IMG/VR virus record: IMGVR_UViG_3300032233_000872
Coordinates: 1-40,036 of that record
Length of the DNA: 40,036 nucleotides
Direction: 5' to 3' (one strand)
Source of the DNA: a virus
Lineage: Duplodnaviria > Caudoviricetes
Shown here: piece after piece, positions 7,588 through 16,098 of the stretch
Position numbering within the stretch: the first letter of the stretch is position 1
Layout of the letters: the number at the start of each line of letters is the position of its first letter
Notes under the pieces: model-generated
What the model saw: the letters and a program-made list of their open reading frames with translations, nothing else
What the model was told of the DNA's origin: nothing
The model's database searches: none
Translations under genes and position numbers: made by a program

Positions 7588-7603
7588 AGTGACCTAGGTC
7601 ACA
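7588..7603. promoter_or_regulatory. CRP/GlxR-like palindromic site
   Basis: AGTGA-CCTAGG-TCACA matches TGTGA-N6-TCACA at 9/10; perfect 14-bp palindrome 7589-7602; intergenic. Confidence 0.5.
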
Positions 7604-7617
7604 TACCACTGTAGTGT

Positions 7618-7887
7618 CTAGCAGTCCCACTTTTTGAGTGATAGTGCTTTACGTGTTGGTCGTCCTTTGGAGTCTTTCATTGGTCCGGGCATACCGCCCA
7701 TTCGTGCGCAGAACGACTTACGTCGTGCTGCTGACTTGGGACTCTTGGCTGCTTGTTTTGCTGATACTGGTGGTTTTAGGGTTCCACCTGTTTGCGCTTT
7801 GTATGAGGCTCTGCCTTTGGCGTTGAGTCCGCCTGCAGGGTTTTTGCCTTCTTTGCGTGTCCATGCTGCTGTTTTTTTGCTTGCCAT
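7618..7887 (-). CDS. Conserved basic phage protein (DUF6321-like)
   Basis: WTRKEGKNPAGGLNAKGRAS...RRKSFCARM...LKKWDC pattern recalled from aquatic phages. Confidence 0.75.
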   Translation of the reverse strand: MASKKTAAWTRKEGKNPAGGLNAKGRASYKAQTGGTLKPPVSAKQAAKSPKSAARRKSFCARMGGMPGPMKDSKGRPTRKALSLKKWDC

Positions 7888-7991
7888 TACTTCTTCTTAG
7901 TACCCATTTTTTTAGGCATTGCAGAGTTTAACATCATTTTGCCGTTAGGCATTTTGTGCATCTTCTTAGATGCACTTTTTGCGTGTTTCAT
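7887..7991 (-). CDS. Tiny basic Met/Lys-rich peptide, 34 aa (not in ORF track)
   Basis: MKHAKSASKKMHKMPNGKMMLNSAMPKKMGTKKK; AAGGAG RBS; TAATG coupling to the next gene. Confidence 0.7.
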   Translation of the reverse strand: MKHAKSASKKMHKMPNGKMMLNSAMPKKMGTKKK

Positions 7992-8028
7992 AGTTGCTCC
8001 TTATTGTGCTTCTGGGATGTAGTGCCAA

Positions 8029-8070
8029 TGTCTTTCAACTGTAGTGCCTACAGTTTCAAGACAGTTTTTT
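8029..8070. terminator. Hairpin with plus-strand T-tract (possible terminator or leader structure)
   Basis: TGTCTT-tc-AACTGTAG-tgc-CTACAGTT-tc-AAGACA followed by GTTTTTT. Confidence 0.4.
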
Positions 8071-8097
8071 CTCTTCCCCCCCTATAGTCCCCCCCGT

Positions 8098-8137
8098 TTG
8101 TAACATCAAGCATTTAGTTACAAAAACAACAGTTAGT
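8098..8137. promoter_or_regulatory. Back-to-back GTTACAA motifs (divergent putative phage promoters)
   Basis: TTGTAAC (8098-8104), 12 nt, GTTACAA (8117-8123); the plus copy is 21 nt before the TerS ATG. Confidence 0.65.
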
Positions 8138-8566
8138 ATGGCATCTACAGAAGCACTATTAACCAGCGATCAGCAACGGTACATGGACTGGCTATGCACC
8201 GCTCCATCTGAACGTGTACCCTCTTCTAAGAAGCAGTATGCGATCCTTGCGTCTGTAGATGTCACAACTCTACGACGCTGGGAAAAGAAACCAGCATTCC
8301 GACAAGAATGGCAGACCCGTGTGGACGACCTTCAAGGGTCGCCTGAGCGTACTCAAGCGTTGTTGGACACACTGTACAACAAGGCTCTGGAAGGTGACAC
8401 CAAGAGTGCCCAGTTGTATCTGCAGGCTACTAACCGTATGGCTCCTGCCACGATTGAGGTTAAGAGTGAGAAACGTTCTGCCGAGTTGTCTGATAGTGAG
8501 TTGGACGAACTAATTGCTGCTATGGCATCTAGAGAAAAGCAGTCTAGGGCTTTGAAGGTTGTTTAG
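8138..8566 (+). CDS. Terminase small subunit-like HTH protein (phBC6A51-like)
   Basis: VDVTTLRRWEKKPAF HTH, LYNKALEGDTKSAQLYL, LSDSELDELI; first late gene, upstream of TerL. Confidence 0.7.
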   Translation: MASTEALLTSDQQRYMDWLCTAPSERVPSSKKQYAILASVDVTTLRRWEKKPAFRQEWQTRVDDLQGSPERTQALLDTLYNKALEGDTKSAQLYLQATNRMAPATIEVKSEKRSAELSDSELDELIAAMASREKQSRALKVV

Positions 8567-8685
8567 TGCAATTGGTTGAATGTGATCGTTGTGGTGAACA
8601 GTACCCGAATAATTGGGGCAAATGCCCCAGTTGTGATTCGGGTGAACATCCCACTGTAGGAGGTTTTGATGATGAAGATTACTAG
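8566..8685 (+). CDS. Small zinc-ribbon protein, 39 aa (not in ORF track)
   Basis: GTG overlapping the TerS stop; VQLVECDRCGEQYPNNWGKCPSCDSGEHPTVGGFDDEDY, two CxxC. Confidence 0.65.
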   Translation: MQLVECDRCGEQYPNNWGKCPSCDSGEHPTVGGFDDEDY

Positions 8686-8863
8686 TTTGGCTGTAGTGGG
8701 TTTGTTCTTTTTGGCTGCATGTAGCGATTCTTACCGTTACCCTTGCCAAGATCCTGCCAAGGCTAGGACACCAGAGTGTTCTTGCACTCCTAGGACAAAG
8801 AATAAGGCTCTTGGGGCTATCCAGATTCCTACCACTGATGGTGTTCGTGGAGTAAACTGCTGA
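8669..8863 (+). CDS. Small Cys-rich lipoprotein
   Basis: AGGAGG RBS; signal peptide with LAAC lipobox; YRYPCQDP...PECSC. Confidence 0.7.
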   Translation: MMKITSLAVVGLFFLAACSDSYRYPCQDPAKARTPECSCTPRTKNKALGAIQIPTTDGVRGVNC

Positions 8864-9135
8864 TGGCTCGTAAGGAACGCCTAACAGAAGAACAACTGAA
8901 TACCCGTTTACGATTTGTGATCGGTGTAGTGCTTGCTGCTGTGTTGGCTGGCACTATGGGGTCGGTATTGTATTCTTTGATTTATGTGACTCAACCTATG
9001 GAGCAGTCACCGAACGATAAAGCATTTTTTGATTTGATCACACCGATTGCAACATTCCTTGTCGGAACGTTGTCTGGTGTGATGATTTCTAATTCTAATA
9101 ATAAGAAAGATAAGGATACTAATGGCGAACACTAA
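8863..9135 (+). CDS. Two-TM membrane protein
   Basis: Two hydrophobic helices separated by QPMEQSPNDK; TGATG coupling to the lipoprotein gene. Confidence 0.75.
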   Translation: MARKERLTEEQLNTRLRFVIGVVLAAVLAGTMGSVLYSLIYVTQPMEQSPNDKAFFDLITPIATFLVGTLSGVMISNSNNKKDKDTNGEH

Positions 9136-10225
9136 AATATCGGCTTTAACCGCAGTAACAAGTTTAACTGGTGCCGAAACTATTCCTGTTGTACAATCTA
9201 GCGTAACAAAAAAGGCTACTCTTACTGATCTTCTCAACCTTGAACCACCGGGATTAAAGAATCTGATCCATAACGGCAACTTTATTGTTGACCAGCGTGG
9301 TAACGGTACAACACATTCGGTTGCTGTATCTACTACAGCATTTTCTTATTATGTTGATCGTTGGTTTGGCAACTCTACTGGCGCAGCATTAACAGGAAGT
9401 CTTATTACTGGTCTTGGAACCAGCCGATACAACTACCGTTTAACTGGTATTGTTTCCAATACGGGTTTTAACGTTGGACAACGTGTTGAATCAATTAATG
9501 TTGGTCATCTTGCGTCATCTACAGCAACCTTGCAATTCAAGGTTGCCAGCAGTTCTTTGACAACTTTAACTTACACTATTAGTTATGCAAACACTGCGGA
9601 CACGTTTGGAACGCTTGGTTCTCCAACAAAAACAACTATTGTTACTGGTTCCGTAGCGGTAACAGCAACTTTGACTAGGCAAACAGTTTCTTTCACTATG
9701 CCTGCTAACGCATTTGGTGTTGAAATATTGTTTACTGGTGGTGCACTGGTTGCTGCGCAAACTTTTACTTTGGCTGATGTTCAACTTGAGTCTGGTTCTG
9801 TTGCTACGGCTTTTGAAACACGCCCATATCAAACAGAGTTGGCTTTGTGCCAACGTTATATCAACGGCTTTACTACAAGCACATACCCGGGAACCACATT
9901 AGGTGGTTATACCGTAGGTGTTGGTTATTCAACATCTACAACCAACACTCATGTTTTTGTTCCCTTTGCGGTGCCGTTAAGAGTTAGAGCAACGGGAATA
10001 ACAACACCAACATCTTACGGTAGTTTCAACTTGTTTAATGGTTCAAACACTAGCGGTACTCCAACCGCAATTGCTTACGTTAACCAATCTGGACAACAAC
10101 AAGGAATGCTAGCGGTAACCACAACGGCAGCAGCACCAACATTGACTGCTGGACAGGGCGCCTATTTGCAATACACCTATGCTTCTGGGCATCAACCTGT
10201 TCTTTTTACTGGAGCCGAACTGTAA
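9122..10225 (+). CDS. Fibre/receptor-binding-like virion protein
   Basis: MANTKISAL N-terminus, KNLIHNGNFIVDQRG, DRW, VQLESGSVATAFETRPYQTELALCQRY; Thr/Ser/Gly rich. Confidence 0.7.
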   Translation: MANTKISALTAVTSLTGAETIPVVQSSVTKKATLTDLLNLEPPGLKNLIHNGNFIVDQRGNGTTHSVAVSTTAFSYYVDRWFGNSTGAALTGSLITGLGTSRYNYRLTGIVSNTGFNVGQRVESINVGHLASSTATLQFKVASSSLTTLTYTISYANTADTFGTLGSPTKTTIVTGSVAVTATLTRQTVSFTMPANAFGVEILFTGGALVAAQTFTLADVQLESGSVATAFETRPYQTELALCQRYINGFTTSTYPGTTLGGYTVGVGYSTSTTNTHVFVPFAVPLRVRATGITTPTSYGSFNLFNGSNTSGTPTAIAYVNQSGQQQGMLAVTTTAAAPTLTAGQGAYLQYTYASGHQPVLFTGAEL

Positions 10226-10228
10226 ATA

Positions 10229-11809
10229 ATGGAACTCAATGACCTTCTCAACGAGAAGGAATGGAGGATCTGCAAAGGTCCAGAAAACGCTACCAACGAA
10301 GAACTCGTTGATGCTTTCGTCTATTTCTGCTCAAATTACTGGTTTATTAAACATCCCGAAAAAGGTCGCATCAAGTTTGATATGCGTGAAGCACAGGTTG
10401 AAACTGTTGCTGCATGGATAGATAACCGTTACAGCATCGTTCTCAAGGCTCGTCAAATCGGTTTCTCCACACTGGCTAGCGCATACGTGTTCTGGGTCAC
10501 TTTCTTTTGGAAAGACCGTTTTGTGATCATGTTGTCACGTACTGAACGTGAAGCAATGAAACTACTAGCCAAGTCCAAATACGGCTTCAAGTTCCTGCCA
10601 AAATGGATGGTACTACGTGGACCTAGCATTATTGATAATAACCAACTAAAAATGTCTTTCTCTAATGAGTCTGCTATTGAATCATTGCCATCAGGTAACG
10701 ATCCTGCTCGTGGTGAATCAGTATTCCTCGTTGTAGTTGACGAAATGGCGTTCTTGCCCAACAGTGACGAAGCATGGGCTTCTATTGAACCAATTGCCGA
10801 CGTTGGTGGACGAGTCATCTGCCTCAGCACTGCCAACGGTGAAGGCAACATCTTTCATGAATTATGGGTTGGTTCCCAAACAGGGAACAATCAGTTCAAG
10901 GGTGTGTTCTTTCCTTGGTCTGCATCTGACCGTGATGACGAGTGGTATGAGGCTAAGAAACGCCAACTGCCTGACTGGCAGTTAGCGCAAGAATATCCAA
11001 GTGACCCTGATGAGGCTTTCATTCGCTCTGGGCGCCCCGTATTTGACATTGATGCACTACGAGCCTTGGAAGTAGAAGAACCTGCTAGGGGCTATTTACA
11101 TGTGTACTCGGATAAACATATTGAGTTCCGTGAAGATGGTGGGGAACTAGCCATTTGGCAGTTCCCTGAAGTTGGTGGTATTTATTGTATTGGGGCTGAC
11201 GTTGCGGAAGGTTTAGGTCATGGTGACTACAGTACAGCACACATTATTAACGGTTACACACAGGAAGTTGTAGCGCACTGGCATGGTCACATTGACCCTG
11301 ACCTTTTTGGAGAACACGTCCTATACAACCTAGGACTGTTTTACCATGGTGCCCTAGTAGGTGTTGAATCCAACAACCACGGGCTAACCACACTAAAGGC
11401 ACTACAACGAGCAGGTTATAAAAATATCTTCCGTCAACGTCGTTTGGCTCAACGCACACCTGTTGCTACAGAAATCTTGGGTTGGCGTACCACGGCAGCG
11501 TCTAAACCTTTGGCTATTGACGAACTAAACGGAATGATCCGTGATGGTTTACTAGATCTTAGGTGTGAACATACTATTGCTGAAATGCGAACTTTTATTC
11601 GTGAGGCTAATGGTAAGACTCATGGTTCTCCGCATGACGACCGTGTCATGTCTTTGGCTATTACTAACCAAATGTTGAAATACATTTGGTTGCCTGAATA
11701 CCAGATTTCTCAAGAGCCACCTAAGAATAGTATGGCTTGGTGGTCTAGGCATATTCCTAATAAACAGCAACCAAAGTTTGTTCTGGGTTCATTCGCATCA
11801 AGAACGTGA
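10229..11809 (+). CDS. terL: Terminase large subunit
   Basis: LKARQIGFST (Walker A), VVVDEMAF (Walker B), STANG, GADVAEG..GDYS, VESNN, HDDRVMS. Confidence 0.95.
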   Translation: MELNDLLNEKEWRICKGPENATNEELVDAFVYFCSNYWFIKHPEKGRIKFDMREAQVETVAAWIDNRYSIVLKARQIGFSTLASAYVFWVTFFWKDRFVIMLSRTEREAMKLLAKSKYGFKFLPKWMVLRGPSIIDNNQLKMSFSNESAIESLPSGNDPARGESVFLVVVDEMAFLPNSDEAWASIEPIADVGGRVICLSTANGEGNIFHELWVGSQTGNNQFKGVFFPWSASDRDDEWYEAKKRQLPDWQLAQEYPSDPDEAFIRSGRPVFDIDALRALEVEEPARGYLHVYSDKHIEFREDGGELAIWQFPEVGGIYCIGADVAEGLGHGDYSTAHIINGYTQEVVAHWHGHIDPDLFGEHVLYNLGLFYHGALVGVESNNHGLTTLKALQRAGYKNIFRQRRLAQRTPVATEILGWRTTAASKPLAIDELNGMIRDGLLDLRCEHTIAEMRTFIREANGKTHGSPHDDRVMSLAITNQMLKYIWLPEYQISQEPPKNSMAWWSRHIPNKQQPKFVLGSFASRT

Positions 11810-11826
11810 CAAACTAATCTAATACT
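11806..11826 (+). promoter_or_regulatory. Putative late promoter motif
   Basis: GTGACAAACTAATCTAATACT directly before ATG 11827; no RBS. Confidence 0.65.
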
Positions 11827-12054
11827 ATGGCGATTTATACCTGCAAAGACTGTTCAACCAAATTTGAACACGACGATCTACCTCGTCGTGGAGAATACTG
11901 TTTCAAATGCCACCTAAAAGGCATTCGTTTAGGCTTTACCTACGGCAAAGAACAATTCCACGGACCCACTATTGGGGAACAGGCACGTCAACAGGTAGCG
12001 CAAGCAAAAGCAGCCGGCATTAATGCCGAACCAGTCGGGAGCCGTTGGATCTAA
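11827..12054 (+). CDS. Zinc-ribbon protein
   Basis: YTCKDC...YCFKCH. Confidence 0.75.
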   Translation: MAIYTCKDCSTKFEHDDLPRRGEYCFKCHLKGIRLGFTYGKEQFHGPTIGEQARQQVAQAKAAGINAEPVGSRWI

Positions 12055-12254
12055 TGAATTGGGCTGTCGCTATTGTTGTAGCAATCATCACTGGTCCAGT
12101 TGTAGTGCTACTACAAATGTTGAGGCGAGAAAACACTCAACAACATAGCGAGTCTCGAGATTTACTACACCACATGGTCCTCAAAGTGGACCGTGTGGAT
12201 GAAAACCTAAACAAGCATATCAAGGAGCATAATAATGGTAATCAAACTAAGTGA
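12054..12254 (+). CDS. Single-TM membrane protein with coiled tail (lysis-associated?)
   Basis: TAATG-coupled start; hydrophobic N-terminal helix; ends LNKHIKEH; next to the holin. Confidence 0.7.
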   Translation: MNWAVAIVVAIITGPVVVLLQMLRRENTQQHSESRDLLHHMVLKVDRVDENLNKHIKEHNNGNQTK

Positions 12255-12438
12255 ACAACAAAAAGCAATGTTGGCATCATACGTCCGTTCAGCAGTAGGT
12301 GCTGGAGTTGCAGTTTACGCTACAGGTAACCATAACCCTAGTGACTTGGCAAAGGCTGCTGTTGCAGCGTTGTTGCCACCTTTGATGCGTTTTCTTAACC
12401 CTAAAGATGGTGCTTTTGGACTTGGTGGTTCTAAATAA
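12235..12438 (+). CDS. Putative holin
   Basis: 67 aa with two hydrophobic segments, LASYVRS...LMRFLNPKDGAFG; AAGGAG RBS. Confidence 0.6.
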   Translation: MVIKLSEQQKAMLASYVRSAVGAGVAVYATGNHNPSDLAKAAVAALLPPLMRFLNPKDGAFGLGGSK

Positions 12439-14240
12439 TGGCACGCAGTAGTAATGCTGATTTGCTGAAAAACTATCGCACAAAACTTAGCCAGACTAAG
12501 CGTATGCGTAAACAGGAACAGTTTGACGATACGTGGAAACGTATGTTGGATCTTTACCGTGGACGACACTACGAGAACTACTCTGACGAGGATCGTTTGT
12601 TGGTTAATATGGCATTCTCAACGATCAACGTTATTGCTCCTAGTGTTTCTGTAAATCATCCTAAGATTACTGTTTCTGCTCGGCGTCCAGAGGACGCTGA
12701 CAAGGCTACTGTTACTGAAGCAATTGTTAACTATTGGTGGCGACACTATGGGTGTCAGCCACAGTTCCGTTCTGCAGTAAAAGACTTCTTGATTTTTGGT
12801 CATGGTTGGATTAAAGTTGGTTACCGTTTTGTTGAAGAAGAACGAGTAAAGAACGCTGATCCCAACGTCGAAGAAAACGACGTTGTAGATCTTGTTCCTG
12901 AATCTAATGTTGAAACAGAACTTATTGTTCTTGAGGATCGCCCATTCATTGAACGCATTAGTCCTTTTGATGTGTTTGTTGATCCAGACGCTACATCAAT
13001 GTATGATGTGCGCTGGATTGCCCAACGTATCAAACGTCCACTTGTTGATGTAAAGAACGACCGCAGGTATAACTCTAGTGCTCGTTCTGAGGCTCAACCT
13101 TCCTTGTACTCCAAGTATGGTGATGATGTTCAGATTAAACAACCTTATGGGGAAGAACGTGATGCGTATGTTGAGGTTTGGGAATTGTATGACATACCAA
13201 AGAAAACTATGGCAGTTTTCTGTGATGGTCCAGACAAGTTCCTGATTGCTCCAACTAAGATTCCTTTTGCTTTCGGTCATCCTTTTGTGATGCTCAGGAA
13301 CTATGAGGTTCCAGAGCATTTCTATCCAATGGGTGAACTAGAAGCCATTGAGTCATTGCAACACGAATTGAACGCTACTCGTACACAGATGATGAATCAC
13401 CGTAAACGGTTCTCACGTAAATGGTTGTATAAGGAATCTGCGTTTGATCCTGATGGTCGTTCTGCTTTGGAATCTGATGAAGATAACATCATGGTTCCTG
13501 TTGCCGGTGACGAACCACTATCGGGTGTAATTGTTCCAATGCCTGCAGTTATTAGTCCACCAGAGTTCTACAACCAGTCAAGTCTTATTGCTGGTGACAT
13601 GGACCGTGTTTCAGGTGTGTCTGATTATATGCGTGGAGCAATGCCCGAGATCCGTCGTACTGCTACTGAAGCATCTATTGCACAGGACGCTAGCAACGCT
13701 AGAGCGTCTGACAAGTTGGCTGCAATTGAATTGTATATTGGCGCTACAGCACAACGATTGGTTGCTTTGGCACAACAATACATGACTGGTGAACAGGTTG
13801 CTCGTGTTGTTGGTTCTAACGCAATCCCATTGTGGGTTAAGTTTGACCGTGACTACATTGAAGGCGATTTTGATTATGAGGTAGAGGGTGGTTCTACTGC
13901 TCCTGTTAATGAGTCGTTCCGTCGTCAGATGGCTTTGCAAATGGTTGATGCTATGGCACCGTTTGTGGGCGCTGGTGTAGTGGACATGGCTGCTTTAGCA
14001 CGACACGTACTGCAGTTTGGGTTTGGTATTAAATCTCCTGAAGCGTTCCTTGCAGGTCCACCACCTCAACAAGAGATGGCTCCTGAACAAGGTGGAATGC
14101 CACCTGAACAGGGTGGAATGCCACCGCAAGGAATGCCACAGATACCACAACAGATGCCACAGGGTGAACCTATGGCTCCTGAAGGTGGGATGCCGCCAGA
14201 ATTGGCAGCAATTCTTGGTGGTGGCGCACCAATGCAATAA
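12438..14240 (+). CDS. Portal protein (P22-like)
   Basis: 600 aa between TerL and scaffold; GHGWIKVG, ERISPFDVFVDP, TATEA; Pro/Gln/Met/Gly-rich tail. Confidence 0.9.
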   Translation: MARSSNADLLKNYRTKLSQTKRMRKQEQFDDTWKRMLDLYRGRHYENYSDEDRLLVNMAFSTINVIAPSVSVNHPKITVSARRPEDADKATVTEAIVNYWWRHYGCQPQFRSAVKDFLIFGHGWIKVGYRFVEEERVKNADPNVEENDVVDLVPESNVETELIVLEDRPFIERISPFDVFVDPDATSMYDVRWIAQRIKRPLVDVKNDRRYNSSARSEAQPSLYSKYGDDVQIKQPYGEERDAYVEVWELYDIPKKTMAVFCDGPDKFLIAPTKIPFAFGHPFVMLRNYEVPEHFYPMGELEAIESLQHELNATRTQMMNHRKRFSRKWLYKESAFDPDGRSALESDEDNIMVPVAGDEPLSGVIVPMPAVISPPEFYNQSSLIAGDMDRVSGVSDYMRGAMPEIRRTATEASIAQDASNARASDKLAAIELYIGATAQRLVALAQQYMTGEQVARVVGSNAIPLWVKFDRDYIEGDFDYEVEGGSTAPVNESFRRQMALQMVDAMAPFVGAGVVDMAALARHVLQFGFGIKSPEAFLAGPPPQQEMAPEQGGMPPEQGGMPPQGMPQIPQQMPQGEPMAPEGGMPPELAAILGGGAPMQ

Positions 14241-14242
14241 AT

Positions 14243-14266
14243 GTTACAAATAATATCTATCTATAG
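14243..14266 (+). promoter_or_regulatory. Putative late promoter motif
   Basis: GTTACAAATAATATCTATCTATAG between portal and scaffold. Confidence 0.65.
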
Positions 14267-14287
14267 GAACAACCGAGTAAGGACTCC

Positions 14288-15055
14288 ATGAGCGATACAA
14301 ATGAATATGCAATCACTGAAGTAGACCCCATTATTGATGGACAAGTTGAAAGTGTTGAAAGCGAACCTTCTTCAAGTGCTGAAGATTACTTTTCTTGGGA
14401 TGAGTATGCTGACCGTAAAGTCAAACTACCTGTCGCTGGTGAAGAGATTGAAGTACCTTTAAAGGAGGCGTTGGCTGGTTATCAACGTCAAGCGGATTAT
14501 ACCCGTAAGACACAGGAACTCAGTCAGCAAAAGCAACAAGTACAGTTTGCTAGTGCCTTGCAAGAGGCTTTAGATAAAGATCCTGCATCTACAGTTGAGT
14601 TACTACGAAACCATTATGGTTTAAATAACGAAATTGTTGAAGAAGACGAATATATGGACCCTTGGGAAAAACAGTACCGAGAAGTCAATAAGCGTCTGCA
14701 GTCTTTTGAAGAGTCACAAGCATTGCAAGAGATTGAAAAAACTGTTTCTAGGTTGCAAAGCAATTATGGTGAGGATTTCGATCCGAATGAAGTTGTTGCT
14801 AAAGCCTTAGCAACTGGTAATAATGATTTGGAAGCCGTTTATAAACAAATTGCTTTTGACAGACTTTGGGAGAATCAAAAACAGATGAATGCTAAAAGTC
14901 AGAAAGAAAAGCAAATTATTGAATCTAAACGGCAGACAGGGATTGTTTCTGGTGCTGGTACTTCAGCAGCAACAACTACATCATCTACTGCACCTGTCTC
15001 TTCTTTGAGAGACGCTTTTGATTTGGCTAAACGCCAACTTGGAATTTCAAACTAA
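14288..15055 (+). CDS. Capsid scaffolding protein
   Basis: Acidic N-terminus, GYQRQADYTRKTQEL, helical; directly upstream of the MCP. Confidence 0.85.
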   Translation: MSDTNEYAITEVDPIIDGQVESVESEPSSSAEDYFSWDEYADRKVKLPVAGEEIEVPLKEALAGYQRQADYTRKTQELSQQKQQVQFASALQEALDKDPASTVELLRNHYGLNNEIVEEDEYMDPWEKQYREVNKRLQSFEESQALQEIEKTVSRLQSNYGEDFDPNEVVAKALATGNNDLEAVYKQIAFDRLWENQKQMNAKSQKEKQIIESKRQTGIVSGAGTSAATTTSSTAPVSSLRDAFDLAKRQLGISN

Positions 15056-15080
15056 TCACATCTATTTATAGGAGGCTACA

Positions 15081-16022
15081 ATGCCGGGAAATGCTAACTT
15101 TGATGCACTCTTGTCAACCACCCTTGCGAACTACCGTTCACAACTCACTGACAACGTGTTCACCGCTCGTCCACTTACTTACACCCTTATGGACAAGGGT
15201 CGTATCCGCATGCTTAACGGCGGAACAAAAATTGTTGAACCACTGATCTACGGTCAGAACGATACTGTTAAATCGTACTCTGATTACGATTCAATCAACC
15301 TTACACCTCAGACGGGTATCTCGGCTGCTGAATACGAGTGGAAGCAGTATGCTGCTTCAATCTCAATCAGCGGTATTGAAGAAGCCAAGAACAATGGTGA
15401 ACAAGAAATCATCAACCTTTTGGAAGCAAAAATCATGCAGGCTGAAGAGTCATTGCGTGAAGGTTTCAACCAAATGTTCTTTGCTGATGGCACTGGCAAC
15501 AGTGGCAAAAACTGGAACGGTCTTGGAAACCTTGTTGAGGCTTCGGGTACCGTTGGTGGTATTGACCGTGCAGGAACAGGCAACTCTTTCTGGCAGTCAT
15601 ACGAAGAGAACACTGCAACCGCTTTGACACTTGCTCAAATGGCTACCGCTTACAACACCGTTTCTGTTGGTAACGATCACCCAGACACAATCCTTACTAC
15701 CCAAACTTTGTTTGAAAAGTATGAAGCATTGCTACAACCACAATTGCGTTACACTGACACCAAGACTGCTGATGCAGGCTTCCAGAACTTGTTGTTCAAG
15801 GCTGCCCCAATCATGTACGATGTGCATTGTACTGCTGGTGTAATGTACTTCTTGAACACCAAGTACATCACGCTTGTTGGTCATAGTGCCAAGTGGTTCC
15901 AGCAGACCGATTTCATCCGTCCAGAAGACTTGGATGCTCGTTACGCTTTGATCATGTGCTACGGCAACTTGACTGTACGTAACTGCAAGAAGCAAGGCAA
16001 GTTGACCGCTAAAACGGCATAA
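15081..16022 (+). CDS. Major capsid protein (HK97 fold inferred)
   Basis: 313 aa after scaffold, strong AGGAGG RBS, biased codon use, terminator downstream. Confidence 0.88.
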   Translation: MPGNANFDALLSTTLANYRSQLTDNVFTARPLTYTLMDKGRIRMLNGGTKIVEPLIYGQNDTVKSYSDYDSINLTPQTGISAAEYEWKQYAASISISGIEEAKNNGEQEIINLLEAKIMQAEESLREGFNQMFFADGTGNSGKNWNGLGNLVEASGTVGGIDRAGTGNSFWQSYEENTATALTLAQMATAYNTVSVGNDHPDTILTTQTLFEKYEALLQPQLRYTDTKTADAGFQNLLFKAAPIMYDVHCTAGVMYFLNTKYITLVGHSAKWFQQTDFIRPEDLDARYALIMCYGNLTVRNCKKQGKLTAKTA

Positions 16023-16028
16023 CTGAAA

Positions 16029-16068
16029 GTGGGGGGGGAAACCCCCCACATTCTTATTTCTATTCTTT
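16029..16068 (+). terminator. Rho-independent terminator-like hairpin after the MCP
   Basis: GTGGGGGG-ggaaa-CCCCCCAC followed by T-rich ATTCTTATTTCTATTCTTT. Confidence 0.65.
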
Positions 16069-16098
16069 AAACAAATCATCTATTAATTAGGAGGCAAT

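Noticed and set aside
14082-14123. 21-bp tandem repeat at the portal 3' end
   Set aside because: Encodes PEQGGMP twice within an ordinary low-complexity portal tail
16023-16049. GGGAAAC slippery site giving a frameshifted capsid extension
   Set aside because: It lies after the MCP stop codon and is part of a terminator-like hairpin
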